From the IMG/VR virus record IMGVR_UViG_3300013108_000147: a DNA stretch of 64,000 bases, one strand, 5' to 3'. Numbering within the stretch: the stretch's first letter is position 1; each line of letters begins with the position of its first letter. Source of the DNA: an uncultured virus (IMG/VR IMGVR_UViG_3300013108_000147) (Duplodnaviria > Heunggongvirae > Uroviricota > Caudoviricetes > Crassvirales). The notes under the pieces were generated by a model. That model made no database searches, was not told the DNA's origin, and was given only the letters and a program-made list of their open reading frames with translations. Shown here one piece after another: positions 41,101 through 47,651 of the stretch. The position numbers and the translations under genes were made by a program.

Positions 41101-41400
41101 GGTGAGGTTATGGACTACTTGAAGAAGATAGGGAATGATAATCTTATGCAAATGAAGAGGTTGGCTAACGTGTATAAAGAAATGGTAGCTAACCCTAAGA
41201 TAGACCCTAACGTAGCTGATTTAAAATACAGAGACGATAAGGAGAGAGCTTTAATACTGACTGAAATCTTTGGAGAAGAGTTACTTAAAAAAGATACTTT
41301 TGCTAAAGATGAGAAGAAGTTATATGAAGAGCTTCTGAAGAATAAGATACTCAATAAAGGAACTATGTATGAGTACTTGAAGTTAATAGATAAACTATAA
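32149..41400 (+). CDS. Giant polyvalent/ejection protein (HExxH metallopeptidase-like and LPD38-like regions)
   Basis: 3083 aa; 'LHELAHV...EKFA', 'LIEEFQSDW', C-terminal 'VPYLNAGIQG...VRIAKP'. Confidence 0.65.
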   Translation: MNEEYLKGLHGHLGITDDYSTWVNAVQGDEEYLKGLHGHLGITDDYQTWASAVWGKTTADSMESRLDSVVQFSQSESEETNQEQEVTTSEETETFDTSFPEDMISQSKTENVIPSGDGTLVIGGEEISVEDMEISELYDAYKQAGYISQADVSEVEATIEAQAKGDFSTVETIKAYANTLMKYGPASGMHSPIFDYMDRDEALFARQQKNKVDFLNALPEDKVTELKEYAFNRTEQISADNLNVFAQNKLLESKIKTVVSDLEQMSLSMEKIKEDGGVLPKEAADEYLKAYKEAVSLQTTYKENTNILESNTEDLGETWEELDLLKRNYGGLDYYQEKLRLSAAHIAGGLVQLQAMAGNPATLTPDVELMYTMQKYREQVAADEDMLRPAMSVEQINGLEDFGMWAGEQIANQLPILLTLTATGGTSGLVLLSSSTAGSKAGEMTDSNVKGETNFSAGNILLTSIGHGAAEYLSERVSLGILSKGNRVIKSALKGKKPGAKIPTPEYSSIRTGVSNYAKKTWGAAWQEGSSEWANTLAQNMLDIAAGAEDVNPFDGALDAFASGAFMGKAMQTVPSVVGMAIRPFTRKEISKKIKSNLEDLEALAYMLETQDLSEASQNIVKRKMQNIMTQSESMINETLGETSKVGSKGLQRILEIEKRAGILRKSVKEIENSDLPTETKTQIKAEAKAEVDALRKEKENILDGSKQDGEKSRVQQELEAAIQGGVEVEQGGKGTAEVQGENAEARDTDTDSEGVRTDKQGDTKLDDGKATQTTAAKPETVDVEPLKKRKRQLEEELVDIEDDATAEKMEAEIEQLNTQISEASKVATPVVDNSAKIQAKDDATNQDVTDEVSNIQTKLQEAGKQKELDTLGDKYFKILEDQAKKEESGQELDRYDKARKTRAFNKIAKLGKELGIDPMYYLENKGALPKESAPKKAAPKKAAPKKAAPKKAAPKKPAAEKIIESFEKHVKSKGVTWKSMFAMEGEVYNELYDMISNKEITEEEYEAFKRRLNKAKDNVETKIAENQYGKGSLMHKLSQEIQKLYKKHKDTKVKLEKEIDDVVDKIYSLNRQSLDVDNMSERLKELDTLNKKRESLQAKIDEAERKYQDATNTFDAIEGTISAYGAITEGVDPRITILKKLEGFIKEFESTKNPTEQEKRFNAHNVEERNSIKNNLKDFPTKVPYKKKSLTQEDIESAFDLNPEQSEAAAIVSDIMIENMAAIEGISVEEMRKKIEFKKSNVAPDGSLKQDAESNVQPFYSLIGKAMSKLAKLQPSTPQVWVKKIVEEGGRGTKSESDLVKLETTLREYLEITNALKINKGKPKKTISYSEVLGVISETSNVDIRVIVKRSLTKPQLEAEERLWKRDGELEDKVEKLDEKIKKLKSELSESEMYTNPELAELTAQRAKAIVEVRKLFSHLKELNDQNVVYSSDSQYVLQGPEGGGRTEVIIALPYLDFKVMNEEHFQGVEDSIVGWTRNSVRVNPATNSKVLLIEEFQSDWAQNQRKYGVKGGPKQRELQRRESKYQKSAQYLETLVENYNDFLKKTFGQFAALRGYEKTFYGFLQKPLSPSDPMYTNFGFNHSFVANGLALPETMEFLAKVSEMQGRPATAKKLREAAKEAEYKISEMIGAQEMLNEDYIAIAEHMDYDSYFGKGAVAAHAEDIKEYTEFLKNMLSVGNLFSNVLTKIDPDFKDLAPNAIRIIYNNVTSIGALENFDSEVQRDGIQEGLAEMFEKEGFPNLKTHLDEVVSEVYNIIGAPIVSGIVTEYLEGTESNFMMFKERVYNPVEMPNPYAKNNAWIGLTFRKTLQMAIEQGLDQVAWTTGQQQSARWGQLEGKEKQGIEYFYNNMIPKEVLKEAKRYDKNAKVEVIDLDPSNKDNNLAVGKQLAITITPAMRMAIREGGVPLFQNGQSPQGAMSVKNGKYIVHAITNPNVTTPLHELAHVYEDYLTPEERQVVLGFAGKTQWDTETSEKFARGAEKYLSKGTVPNNPQLAEIFSKFKDWLTDIYNGITDSSIDIELNPAMEAIYEKMFTPQNKNRNVNKEVRKMLSEGKTAKEIFAEFTSKSERMQAKNILKRLIAQPKTPEEALKAARKSYNKAKAKAKAKKPKNIWKETIFNLAKYFTDKQYLPKRMLKKAGGDLVRDYMVASKGSPGYAKRLFDKAYNKIYRGLTKEQIDDLNKIILQRRFIAIDKNRAKRGLDPVTHSDFQNQETAELTLEGLREELGDKEFNELNKRATAYFSEFKNLLDMIEKAGIVNKEFRDSFFDVDYQPRLFLQFLQTQEQENSIQEMGAPTSTSLTSKQVQTMEKGSDEALVVDSMYLLGRSLNMRAKTVAMNRTTTKLAEFMKERLDYIKKTKKSISEGKLKGKELKKAKKDIKYFEELQRRVKLNPIIGFTESGNPKYRFKPEPGERIVSYYVNGVKHQMIMEETFYDQYNDNLKGVFTNSDVREKAAVLSGTALVKTIATGNNPAFFLTNFPRDLFFVASFSKEYGRRNGGVFGAYNPLSAISVLWDFGKSVYEIAAANNTKFKWLKDNGSFEKFVEYGGMLDFLHTQGEYKGTKGLKGLYNDKVGNRTKETLSLVGDALSLKPLQTYSEIGFRLAVFNKSLANSLRLSEYKDMKDVPADVLEEWYISAVASARSLTDFSQGGIYAKDLDAVVPYLNAGIQGTRSAVDAIAESPSDTLYRMLTTGFTLTAIPVAASAHLIAGANWGDDDEDMKGLSAGGQYLKALEGVSRYDRINYQIIFTGDKDERGEYKYVRIAKPHFVTPASILAHHLLEEYIRQDNNLSPAGEQKLIEDLSFAFEKNISPVEFNILGNTARTPLLKAALTYALGYDFYREQPLSYQKGKVAPEAEGFESRGVEDFYKAIGEYQQMSPARLKGAIESLITTPSTSAYVALAYGGADALFADKDLKGPAEIMSEALKKSVSGRLLKTTSEFNRRVDWDKRLKNEIVAKDVKNLKDRYRLKELAIQERDGKVTRGEVMDYLKKIGNDNLMQMKRLANVYKEMVANPKIDPNVADLKYRDDKERALILTEIFGEELLKKDTFAKDEKKLYEELLKNKILNKGTMYEYLKLIDKL
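32153..32296 (+). repeat. Tandem 81-bp-period coding repeat (EEYLKGLHGHLGITDDYxTW x2)
   Basis: Near-identical DNA copies at about 32153 and 32234. Confidence 0.85.
34948..35019 (+). repeat. 15-bp tandem repeat encoding (AAPKK)n
   Basis: gcacctaagaaagca, about 5 copies. Confidence 0.9.
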
Positions 41401-41426
41401 AAAAAGGGGGGCGAAAGCCCCCTCTT
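41401..41426. terminator. Bidirectional terminator between the convergent structural and replication arms
   Basis: A-run, GGGGGGC-gaaa-GCCCCCC, then TCTTT. Confidence 0.85.
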
Positions 41427-41503
41427 TAATTAAAGTACGTTGTACAAAATAGTTAAAACAGTTACATAAAAAACTGTGTTAGCTAATAAACATTTTATCT
41501 TTT

Positions 41504-42139
41504 TCATAATTCTTGATTAATTAAATTAAATACTCTGTAGTAATCGCTGATTGACTCAGCTGTTTTCTTAACTACATTTTTTATCTTTTCTACATTCTCT
41601 TTAGAGATATCTTGGGGAATCTTTTCTACCTTTGTACCTAATACAAGTTTCTCCCCCCTAAAAGCATTGCCGTCTCTCTCAATAAGCTCTACCCAAGCGT
41701 TCTCAGGAAGTTTGCCTGTTTCTTGCTCAATAGCTGCGGCATAAATACCTAATTGGTTATATTCTTCGTCTTCATAGACCGCTACCTTATTCATAGCTCC
41801 AGTCTTATAGTCAATAAGGGTTTTACAGTCCTTATCGTTAGTGTCTATAAAACCTAGAACATAAAAGTCAACAAAATCTAATTTGATTTCTCTCTCAAAC
41901 TCATCTAAACGAGTTACTTTGTTTAGCACCTTCTTTTCTTTGGCGCTAAATTCGCTGAAGTCTCCTCTCTCAAGTGCCTCTCCGATAAGGGAGCCGAATT
42001 CTGTGTAAGCATTGCCTTCAAACCTCTCACCGAAAAAGTAAGAGAGAATGTAATCCTTCTTTGAATCCTTCCACTTGGATACTTGACTGTATGATAAATA
42101 GTTTACACCTTTATCATCTTTCCTTGGTAAATCTATCAT
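41504..42139 (-). CDS. PD-(D/E)XK nuclease
   Basis: 'LSYSQ', 'FEREI', 'GFID', 'LIDYKTG', 'QLGIYA'. Confidence 0.8.
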   Translation of the reverse strand: MIDLPRKDDKGVNYLSYSQVSKWKDSKKDYILSYFFGERFEGNAYTEFGSLIGEALERGDFSEFSAKEKKVLNKVTRLDEFEREIKLDFVDFYVLGFIDTNDKDCKTLIDYKTGAMNKVAVYEDEEYNQLGIYAAAIEQETGKLPENAWVELIERDGNAFRGEKLVLGTKVEKIPQDISKENVEKIKNVVKKTAESISDYYRVFNLINQEL

Positions 42140-42315
42140 ATTAAATATGCTGCTAATAAGATTAGTGTTATTTTAAATACAGATACTCCTATTATGATTA
42201 CTGCCGTAAAATTATCTATGAACTCTTTGTAATTAATGTACCTAAGCTCAAGGTTCTTTATTTCCCATAGTATTAATACTAATACTGCTACTGTGTGTAT
42301 AATTAAGTCTAACAT
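42136..42315 (-). CDS. Small membrane protein (not in the ORF track)
   Basis: 59 aa MLDLIIHTVAVLVLILWE..., two hydrophobic stretches, overlaps both neighbours. Confidence 0.45.
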   Translation of the reverse strand: MLDLIIHTVAVLVLILWEIKNLELRYINYKEFIDNFTAVIIIGVSVFKITLILLAAYLI

Positions 42316-43214
42316 AATTCTTTAATGTGTTTTTTAGTTATTTTTGTTACTTTTCCTTTTGCTCTTGAGGGTATTGTGTTTAATATCTCAATAGCTTTCT
42401 TCTTGTCCTCAGGGCTCAGACTAGATAAAATATCTTGGAGTTTTTGCTTAACACTTTTTGTGTAATCTCCTCCGTCCCTCAAATAAGTAAGTATTTTTTC
42501 AGTAGGCTCAGTATAAGATGTAGCGCTTCTGAAACTTTCTAAAGGTTTCTCGTACCTAAGCTTTCTGAAAAGGTTTACCGTAGCGAAGACATCTTTCTCA
42601 CAATAAGAAACAATCTTATCTATGCCTCCTTCGTAGAATACTCTGCTTACATCTGCTCCCGAAATGTCGTCCTTTGGAGAAGGTAATCCTAAAGCAGCTA
42701 TAACAGATGCTAGTGACTGCTTTTTCCAAGCAGTACCTTTCCATAGGAGGGCTGTATCAAACACAGAAGTCTCCCAAGGTTTTAAGTGAGCAGTATCGAA
42801 CAATAAGTGTAGTTGAACACCATTAGCCATACACCTTCTCATGATGTAAGGCATATCAAAGTCTAATATATTGTGGCCACATAACCAAGTCTTATTATTC
42901 GCGAACTTACTTATAGAGTCGTTAAACTCTTCTAGTAAAACTTTCTCATCTTCGTTACTAAAACTTTTGATGATAAGTTCTCCACCTCTAACTGCTCCTA
43001 TAGATATCGTAACAATTCTACCGTACTCTGCGTAGAGAGGGGCAGTCTTGTTATAAAGCTCTATAAGCTCAGAAGAATCTTCTACGTTACGTAGATGGTC
43101 GTATGCCCACGCGTCGTATAACTCGTGATTCTCATCAAAGTTATTAGTTGCCGCAGCAGTCTCAACATCAAAGAATAATATATCTTCTATGTTCTGTTTA
43201 ATCAATAGTCTCAT
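42309..43214 (-). CDS. Stand-alone 3'-5' exonuclease (PolB-exo-like DEDDy)
   Basis: 'FFDVET', 'GHNILDFD', 'YCEKDV'. Confidence 0.8.
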   Translation of the reverse strand: MRLLIKQNIEDILFFDVETAAATNNFDENHELYDAWAYDHLRNVEDSSELIELYNKTAPLYAEYGRIVTISIGAVRGGELIIKSFSNEDEKVLLEEFNDSISKFANNKTWLCGHNILDFDMPYIMRRCMANGVQLHLLFDTAHLKPWETSVFDTALLWKGTAWKKQSLASVIAALGLPSPKDDISGADVSRVFYEGGIDKIVSYCEKDVFATVNLFRKLRYEKPLESFRSATSYTEPTEKILTYLRDGGDYTKSVKQKLQDILSSLSPEDKKKAIEILNTIPSRAKGKVTKITKKHIKELC

Positions 43215-43533
43215 AATCTCTATATTTGTTTAAAGTGTACTCATTAAGAGTAACGTACCTGTTATTATCGGGAACTATAGCCCTAGCTAGTAGCTCAGCA
43301 GAATCTCTGAACTGCTCTATATAAAAGTTTATAGCTCTTTCGTGAGAGGCGTCGTAATTAATTGTGAAAGGTCTTACGTACTTAAGTCCGTCGTCATCCT
43401 TACACTGTAATATAGTTGATATGCCTACTCTTGTCCAACTCCCTTCTGAAGGAGTTACTGTTAAAGCTATAGAGGGGTATATAACCCCCCTTAGCTCATT
43501 CAACCTTTTAATAGTTTTCTCTCTTCTATCCAT
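43198..43533 (-). CDS. Hypothetical protein
   Basis: 111 aa within the operon. Confidence 0.5.
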   Translation of the reverse strand: MDRREKTIKRLNELRGVIYPSIALTVTPSEGSWTRVGISTILQCKDDDGLKYVRPFTINYDASHERAINFYIEQFRDSAELLARAIVPDNNRYVTLNEYTLNKYRDYETID

Positions 43534-43538
43534 AACTA

Positions 43539-45101
43539 TTAGTTTCTAGCTACAACTGCGTCAGTGGTCAAAAACGCACCTGCAACAGATACAGCGTTAG
43601 TTAGCGCAGATTTTGTAACCTTCTTAGGGTCAACTATACCTGCTTCAATCATGTCTACAAGTTCTCCTGTATTAACATCGATACCTTCTGTAGGTTTAGC
43701 AAAACTCATTAAGTCCGTGCTATCTATACCCGCATTAGCTAATATCTGCTCAAACGGAGCGCTAAGAGACTCTAACAACATAACGTAACCTTTAACGAAA
43801 GATTCGCTATTTTTAGTAGGGACTTCTCTTAGTAAGTTAAGAGAAATATCTAGTAGTGTTACACCACCACCGGCAACGATACCTTCTTCAAGGGCCGCTC
43901 TAGTAGCGTTGATACCATCTTCAATTCTATCTCTCTTCTCGATAAGCTCGCTATCTGATGAAGCACCGATATGAAGAGTTGCAACTCCTCCGCTGATTCT
44001 AGATAAACGCTCTTGCAAGTCTTTACGCTCTATGTCGTTGTTCTCAGCTTTAATTCTAACTTTAAGCTCTTCGATAGTTTCTGTCAAGTTGCCTTGATTA
44101 CCGATAAGAATACTGCTACTTACATCAGCTATAAACTTATCCACTCTGCCTAAGGCTTCAGCTCCTAAAGAAACACCTGTCTCAGACGCTACAATCTTAG
44201 CTCCTGATAGCTTAGCTACGTCTGATAGAATGTCAGAGTTAATTTTAAGAATCTGAGGAGTTCTCACTACACAAATCTTACCTCGTATAGCTCCGCTATC
44301 TACGTTACTACGTATTGTAGAGAATACAAAAGGGTCGATGTCGTCACAAATAATCACTAAAGAGTTATGAGGATTGTCCGCGCTCCATACTGCGTTAAAC
44401 ATTTCTACTAAGTTATCTCCTCTCTCTATCTTACCTTTGTAAAGTAATAAGTAAGGATTCTCAAGGGCACACTCATATTTGATAGGGTCTGTAACAAAGA
44501 TAGGGTCTATAAAACCATTATCTAATTGTATACCTTGACCTACTTCGATAGTAGTCTCCCTAGTGTCAGATGGCTTAGTGATAACTAAACCGTGCTCACC
44601 AATCTTAGAGAAAGCTTCTGCTATTAAGTTACCTAAATCTTTATCTCCGTTAACAGATATAGTGGTAACATCTGAAAGGTTATCATTAGAAACTTGTATA
44701 GCTCTTGAGTCTAACTCAGCTAAAACATCCTCTAAAGCTGCGTCCATACCTCGTTTGAGTTGTATGGCTGAGGCTCCTTCTTCTAATGCTTGCAACCCTG
44801 CGTTGAAAATACTCTGAACAAGTACAGAGGCTGTAGTTGTGCCGTCACCTGCTTTAGTGTTTGTTCTACCTGAAGCCTCCTTAACTATAGATGCCCCAAT
44901 CTCCTTGAAACGACCTACAGGGTCGATACTTCTTGCAATAGATACTCCGTCCTTAGTGGTGATGTATCCGCCCTCTCCTACAGGTATGATTACTGTCCTA
45001 CCTTCGGCTCCCATAGAAACTTTCACTGTGTCAGCTACTTCGTCTACTCCTTTTTTTAATTCTTGTCTCGCGTCGTCAGCGAATTTAATTACTGTTTTCA
45101 T
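43539..45101 (-). CDS. groEL: Chaperonin GroEL
   Basis: 'TKDGVSIA', 'AGDGTTTA', 'EEGIVAGGG', 'GIVDPKKVT'. Confidence 0.95.
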   Translation of the reverse strand: MKTVIKFADDARQELKKGVDEVADTVKVSMGAEGRTVIIPVGEGGYITTKDGVSIARSIDPVGRFKEIGASIVKEASGRTNTKAGDGTTTASVLVQSIFNAGLQALEEGASAIQLKRGMDAALEDVLAELDSRAIQVSNDNLSDVTTISVNGDKDLGNLIAEAFSKIGEHGLVITKPSDTRETTIEVGQGIQLDNGFIDPIFVTDPIKYECALENPYLLLYKGKIERGDNLVEMFNAVWSADNPHNSLVIICDDIDPFVFSTIRSNVDSGAIRGKICVVRTPQILKINSDILSDVAKLSGAKIVASETGVSLGAEALGRVDKFIADVSSSILIGNQGNLTETIEELKVRIKAENNDIERKDLQERLSRISGGVATLHIGASSDSELIEKRDRIEDGINATRAALEEGIVAGGGVTLLDISLNLLREVPTKNSESFVKGYVMLLESLSAPFEQILANAGIDSTDLMSFAKPTEGIDVNTGELVDMIEAGIVDPKKVTKSALTNAVSVAGAFLTTDAVVARN

Positions 45102-45103
45102 AC

Positions 45104-45373
45104 TTAATCTAAAATTGCTATTATATTACCTGCTTGAATTATGAAATGGTCTTCGCCATTATGTTTACATTTCCCCGGCTCTCTAGGCTCTAAGTAGTGG
45201 ACAAAATCGCCTGGTTCAGTCACATCTACTTTCTCTCCCACTAAAACAACTTCCGCTACGGGAAGGCTTAGTCCGTCATCTTTAATCTCTAGACCTCCTT
45301 CGGTCTTAATGGTGCCTGCTAATCTTTTTAGCAACACTCTTCCGTTAACTACTTTGGTTACGTTCTTACTCAT
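45104..45373 (-). CDS. groES: Co-chaperonin GroES
   Basis: 'RVLLKR...KTEGGL...AEVVLVG...PGD.V...IIAIL', directly upstream of groEL. Confidence 0.85.
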   Translation of the reverse strand: MSKNVTKVVNGRVLLKRLAGTIKTEGGLEIKDDGLSLPVAEVVLVGEKVDVTEPGDFVHYLEPREPGKCKHNGEDHFIIQAGNIIAILD

Positions 45374-46325
45374 TTTCTGATTTCCATTTTAAATATGATG
45401 AATTTGACATTTTAAATTGTACTTGGTCGTCTAAACAAATCATGTGTCTTTGGATAGTACCTGCAGGAGTTACAGAAAGGTTTCCGTTAAACTCTCTTAT
45501 GTTACTTCCTCCACAATTAGGGCAAGTATGTTTACCTAAACCTTTGTGGACACCTAAATGTGTCTTGTGACCCATATACTTTCTCATCTCTAAGTATAAC
45601 TCCTCTGTAGAAACAATGTCTCCTACATTGTAGTCTATCATCTTCTGTAAGTACTCTTCCTTCTCTTCGTCTGTACCGAATTGAATCTTATCCCACATAG
45701 TTATACCTTCGTGACTTTGCTTAACAGTTACTCCTAAATACTCAGATAAGTAAGCCATTGAGTAGCTAGGGATTCTGAATAACTTCTTAGCTTGCTTCAT
45801 AACGTCAAAAGACTTTATGTGTAAGTTGACAGTCAGTTTATACTTAGCTGCTCTAGCGTTAATCCACTTGTTATCAAACTTATCGTTATTGTATCCGATA
45901 ACCATGTCAGCGGTATTATAAACCTGCAAGAAATCTCTCATGAGTTGCTCATCAGATTGGTCTTTATCCCAAGCTATAGAGTAAACTTTGTCTTCTCCTA
46001 GCCACTTATAAGATACCGTTATGATACGAGGCTCTTCTTGTAGTTGGGTGTGGTTTATATAAGTTTTACCTGACCAAAATACCATAGCAGGTACTCTGCA
46101 AGTTTCTAAGTCGTAAACTAAAACCCTAAACTTGTGCTCGTTACCAATTTGTGTATTAAGACCTAAAGCTTTAGCCCAATTCCTAATACTTCTTCTAGTA
46201 ACTCCGAAGTGCTCAGCTAGTTCTTTTTGTATATCTGACATTAGAACGCCTTGGCTCTTTGTCTCATACTTTCTGCTTATTAACTCCTTATCTTTAAGGG
46301 TTAGTGTACTATACGATGTCTCCAT
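45366..46325 (-). CDS. HTH plus RNase H-like DEDD exonuclease with C-terminal CxxC
   Basis: 'LAEHFGVTRRSIRNW', 'YDLET', 'GYNNDKFD', 'YNVGDI', 'CPNCG'. Confidence 0.75.
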   Translation of the reverse strand: METSYSTLTLKDKELISRKYETKSQGVLMSDIQKELAEHFGVTRRSIRNWAKALGLNTQIGNEHKFRVLVYDLETCRVPAMVFWSGKTYINHTQLQEEPRIITVSYKWLGEDKVYSIAWDKDQSDEQLMRDFLQVYNTADMVIGYNNDKFDNKWINARAAKYKLTVNLHIKSFDVMKQAKKLFRIPSYSMAYLSEYLGVTVKQSHEGITMWDKIQFGTDEEKEEYLQKMIDYNVGDIVSTEELYLEMRKYMGHKTHLGVHKGLGKHTCPNCGGSNIREFNGNLSVTPAGTIQRHMICLDDQVQFKMSNSSYLKWKSENE

Positions 46326-46518
46326 GTACTAATTGCTCTTTTAACATATTAAGTTTGCTCCTTACGTCCTCTATGAACTGAATGCATGATTCTTTGTCTC
46401 TGTCTACTAAAGAATCCGATAAGTCTGCGACATCATCTTGAATGTCATTTATTTGGCTATTAATAACCTTAAGCCTTCTGCTATCTAAAGGCTCTCTATT
46501 CTCTTTTTTGTTGCTCAT
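46309..46518 (-). CDS. Hypothetical coiled-coil protein
   Basis: 69 aa within the operon. Confidence 0.5.
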   Translation of the reverse strand: MSNKKENREPLDSRRLKVINSQINDIQDDVADLSDSLVDRDKESCIQFIEDVRSKLNMLKEQLVHGDIV

Positions 46519-46522
46519 GATT

Positions 46523-46675
46523 TTAAATTAAGTTTGTTACGTACAATAAATGTTTGAAATTTGTATCCATATTATTTAGGATAATCTTTCTGTGTTCAGT
46601 CTCTAATTCGTCTAGCGCATATGCCTTTGATATCGCTGACTCTTCTACAACTTGTTCGAAAGTTTTTCTACTCAT
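46523..46675 (-). CDS. Small hypothetical protein (not in the ORF track)
   Basis: 50 aa MSRKTFEQVVEES... fills the gap between operon genes. Confidence 0.4.
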   Translation of the reverse strand: MSRKTFEQVVEESAISKAYALDELETEHRKIILNNMDTNFKHLLYVTNLI

Positions 46676-47126
46676 TAAGTGTTTTTATTAATTCTACTAC
46701 TTTATCACAATCTGCCTGCCTTCTAGGTACAAACAGAACTGTGTCGTGGCCCTCCTTCACTATCAGCTTCTTAAAAAGCTTCCATGTTCTTGAGAAGTCA
46801 GGCATTGCTCGACCTTTAGTTTCTATAACCCAACTAAGGGGCTTACCTTTTGGAGGAGTGAAGTCAGGAGTGTAAACCATATCTGCGTAAGACTTGTTAC
46901 CCCTGTCTTTGAAATCACCCTTGCCATTTAAGAATCTCTCGTAAGACTTGCCGTCGTATTTGAAACCTTCTATGATAACAAAGCTCTGTCCTTCGTATTC
47001 GAATTTAATCTTCTCTTTTTTAAGAGCCTTATACATATAAAGCTCCAAACTAGATTTAAACTCTATTCCGTTAAACGTAACCTTCTTAGAGTTCACAGGT
47101 TTCCGACGTCTTTTTTTTCTACTCAT
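46668..47126 (-). CDS. T7 endonuclease I / DUF1064-like nuclease
   Basis: 'FKSSLE', 'FEYE', 'YTPDF', 'IETKG'. Confidence 0.75.
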   Translation of the reverse strand: MSRKKRRRKPVNSKKVTFNGIEFKSSLELYMYKALKKEKIKFEYEGQSFVIIEGFKYDGKSYERFLNGKGDFKDRGNKSYADMVYTPDFTPPKGKPLSWVIETKGRAMPDFSRTWKLFKKLIVKEGHDTVLFVPRRQADCDKVVELIKTLNE

Positions 47127-47604
47127 CTACACTAACTTCTATTTTTAATAGTTCAGCTTTCAAGCAGTTGTCTAAGTGCCTCTCTGTCGAATTGAAACTT
47201 TGGCTACTTGTAAGTCTAAATAACTTTTTGACTAGTCGACCTAAATCTTCATCTCTGATTCTCTCGTCTTCAGTCTCTTGGCTAGTTAAACCTGTGTCTA
47301 GCACAACTTTAAGTCTGCGAACTATGCTGTTATAAACGAATCTAAAATGGGCGTTCCATTCGACTCTCTTTCTTGCTCTCTTAAGATATGTATATAAACA
47401 AGCTCTAGTCTTCTTGTAACCTCGCTCTGTCATAAACTTGTATATACCTTTAATAGGTTTACCGTGAACAACATTTGCTATGTAAACAAACATAGCTAAC
47501 ATATCTTGCTTATCATCGTCTCTCGTCTCACTCAACATAAAAGATTCTTCTATACTATACTCTTCGCAGATTAGTGAGATTAAGATTTCCTCTAATTTAA
47601 TCAT
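47119..47604 (-). CDS. Hypothetical protein (weak DnaA C-terminal HTH resemblance)
   Basis: 'ICEEYSI...SETR...MFVYI'. Confidence 0.4.
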   Translation of the reverse strand: MIKLEEILISLICEEYSIEESFMLSETRDDDKQDMLAMFVYIANVVHGKPIKGIYKFMTERGYKKTRACLYTYLKRARKRVEWNAHFRFVYNSIVRRLKVVLDTGLTSQETEDERIRDEDLGRLVKKLFRLTSSQSFNSTERHLDNCLKAELLKIEVSVDE

Positions 47605-47651
47605 AATTTTACTTTTATCCTAATTTTTAAGGGATTATTTTTAAATAAATT

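Noticed and set aside
14032..41400. Stop-codon reassignment or introns/inteins, as seen in some crAss-like phages
   Set aside because: Long genes are uninterrupted in the standard code, TAG and TGA are used as stops, and no intein or homing-endonuclease insertions were evident.
41504..42139. Cas4 / CRISPR adaptation gene
   Set aside because: It lacks the four-Cys Fe-S cluster pattern and has no cas neighbours; it is a generic phage PD-(D/E)XK nuclease.
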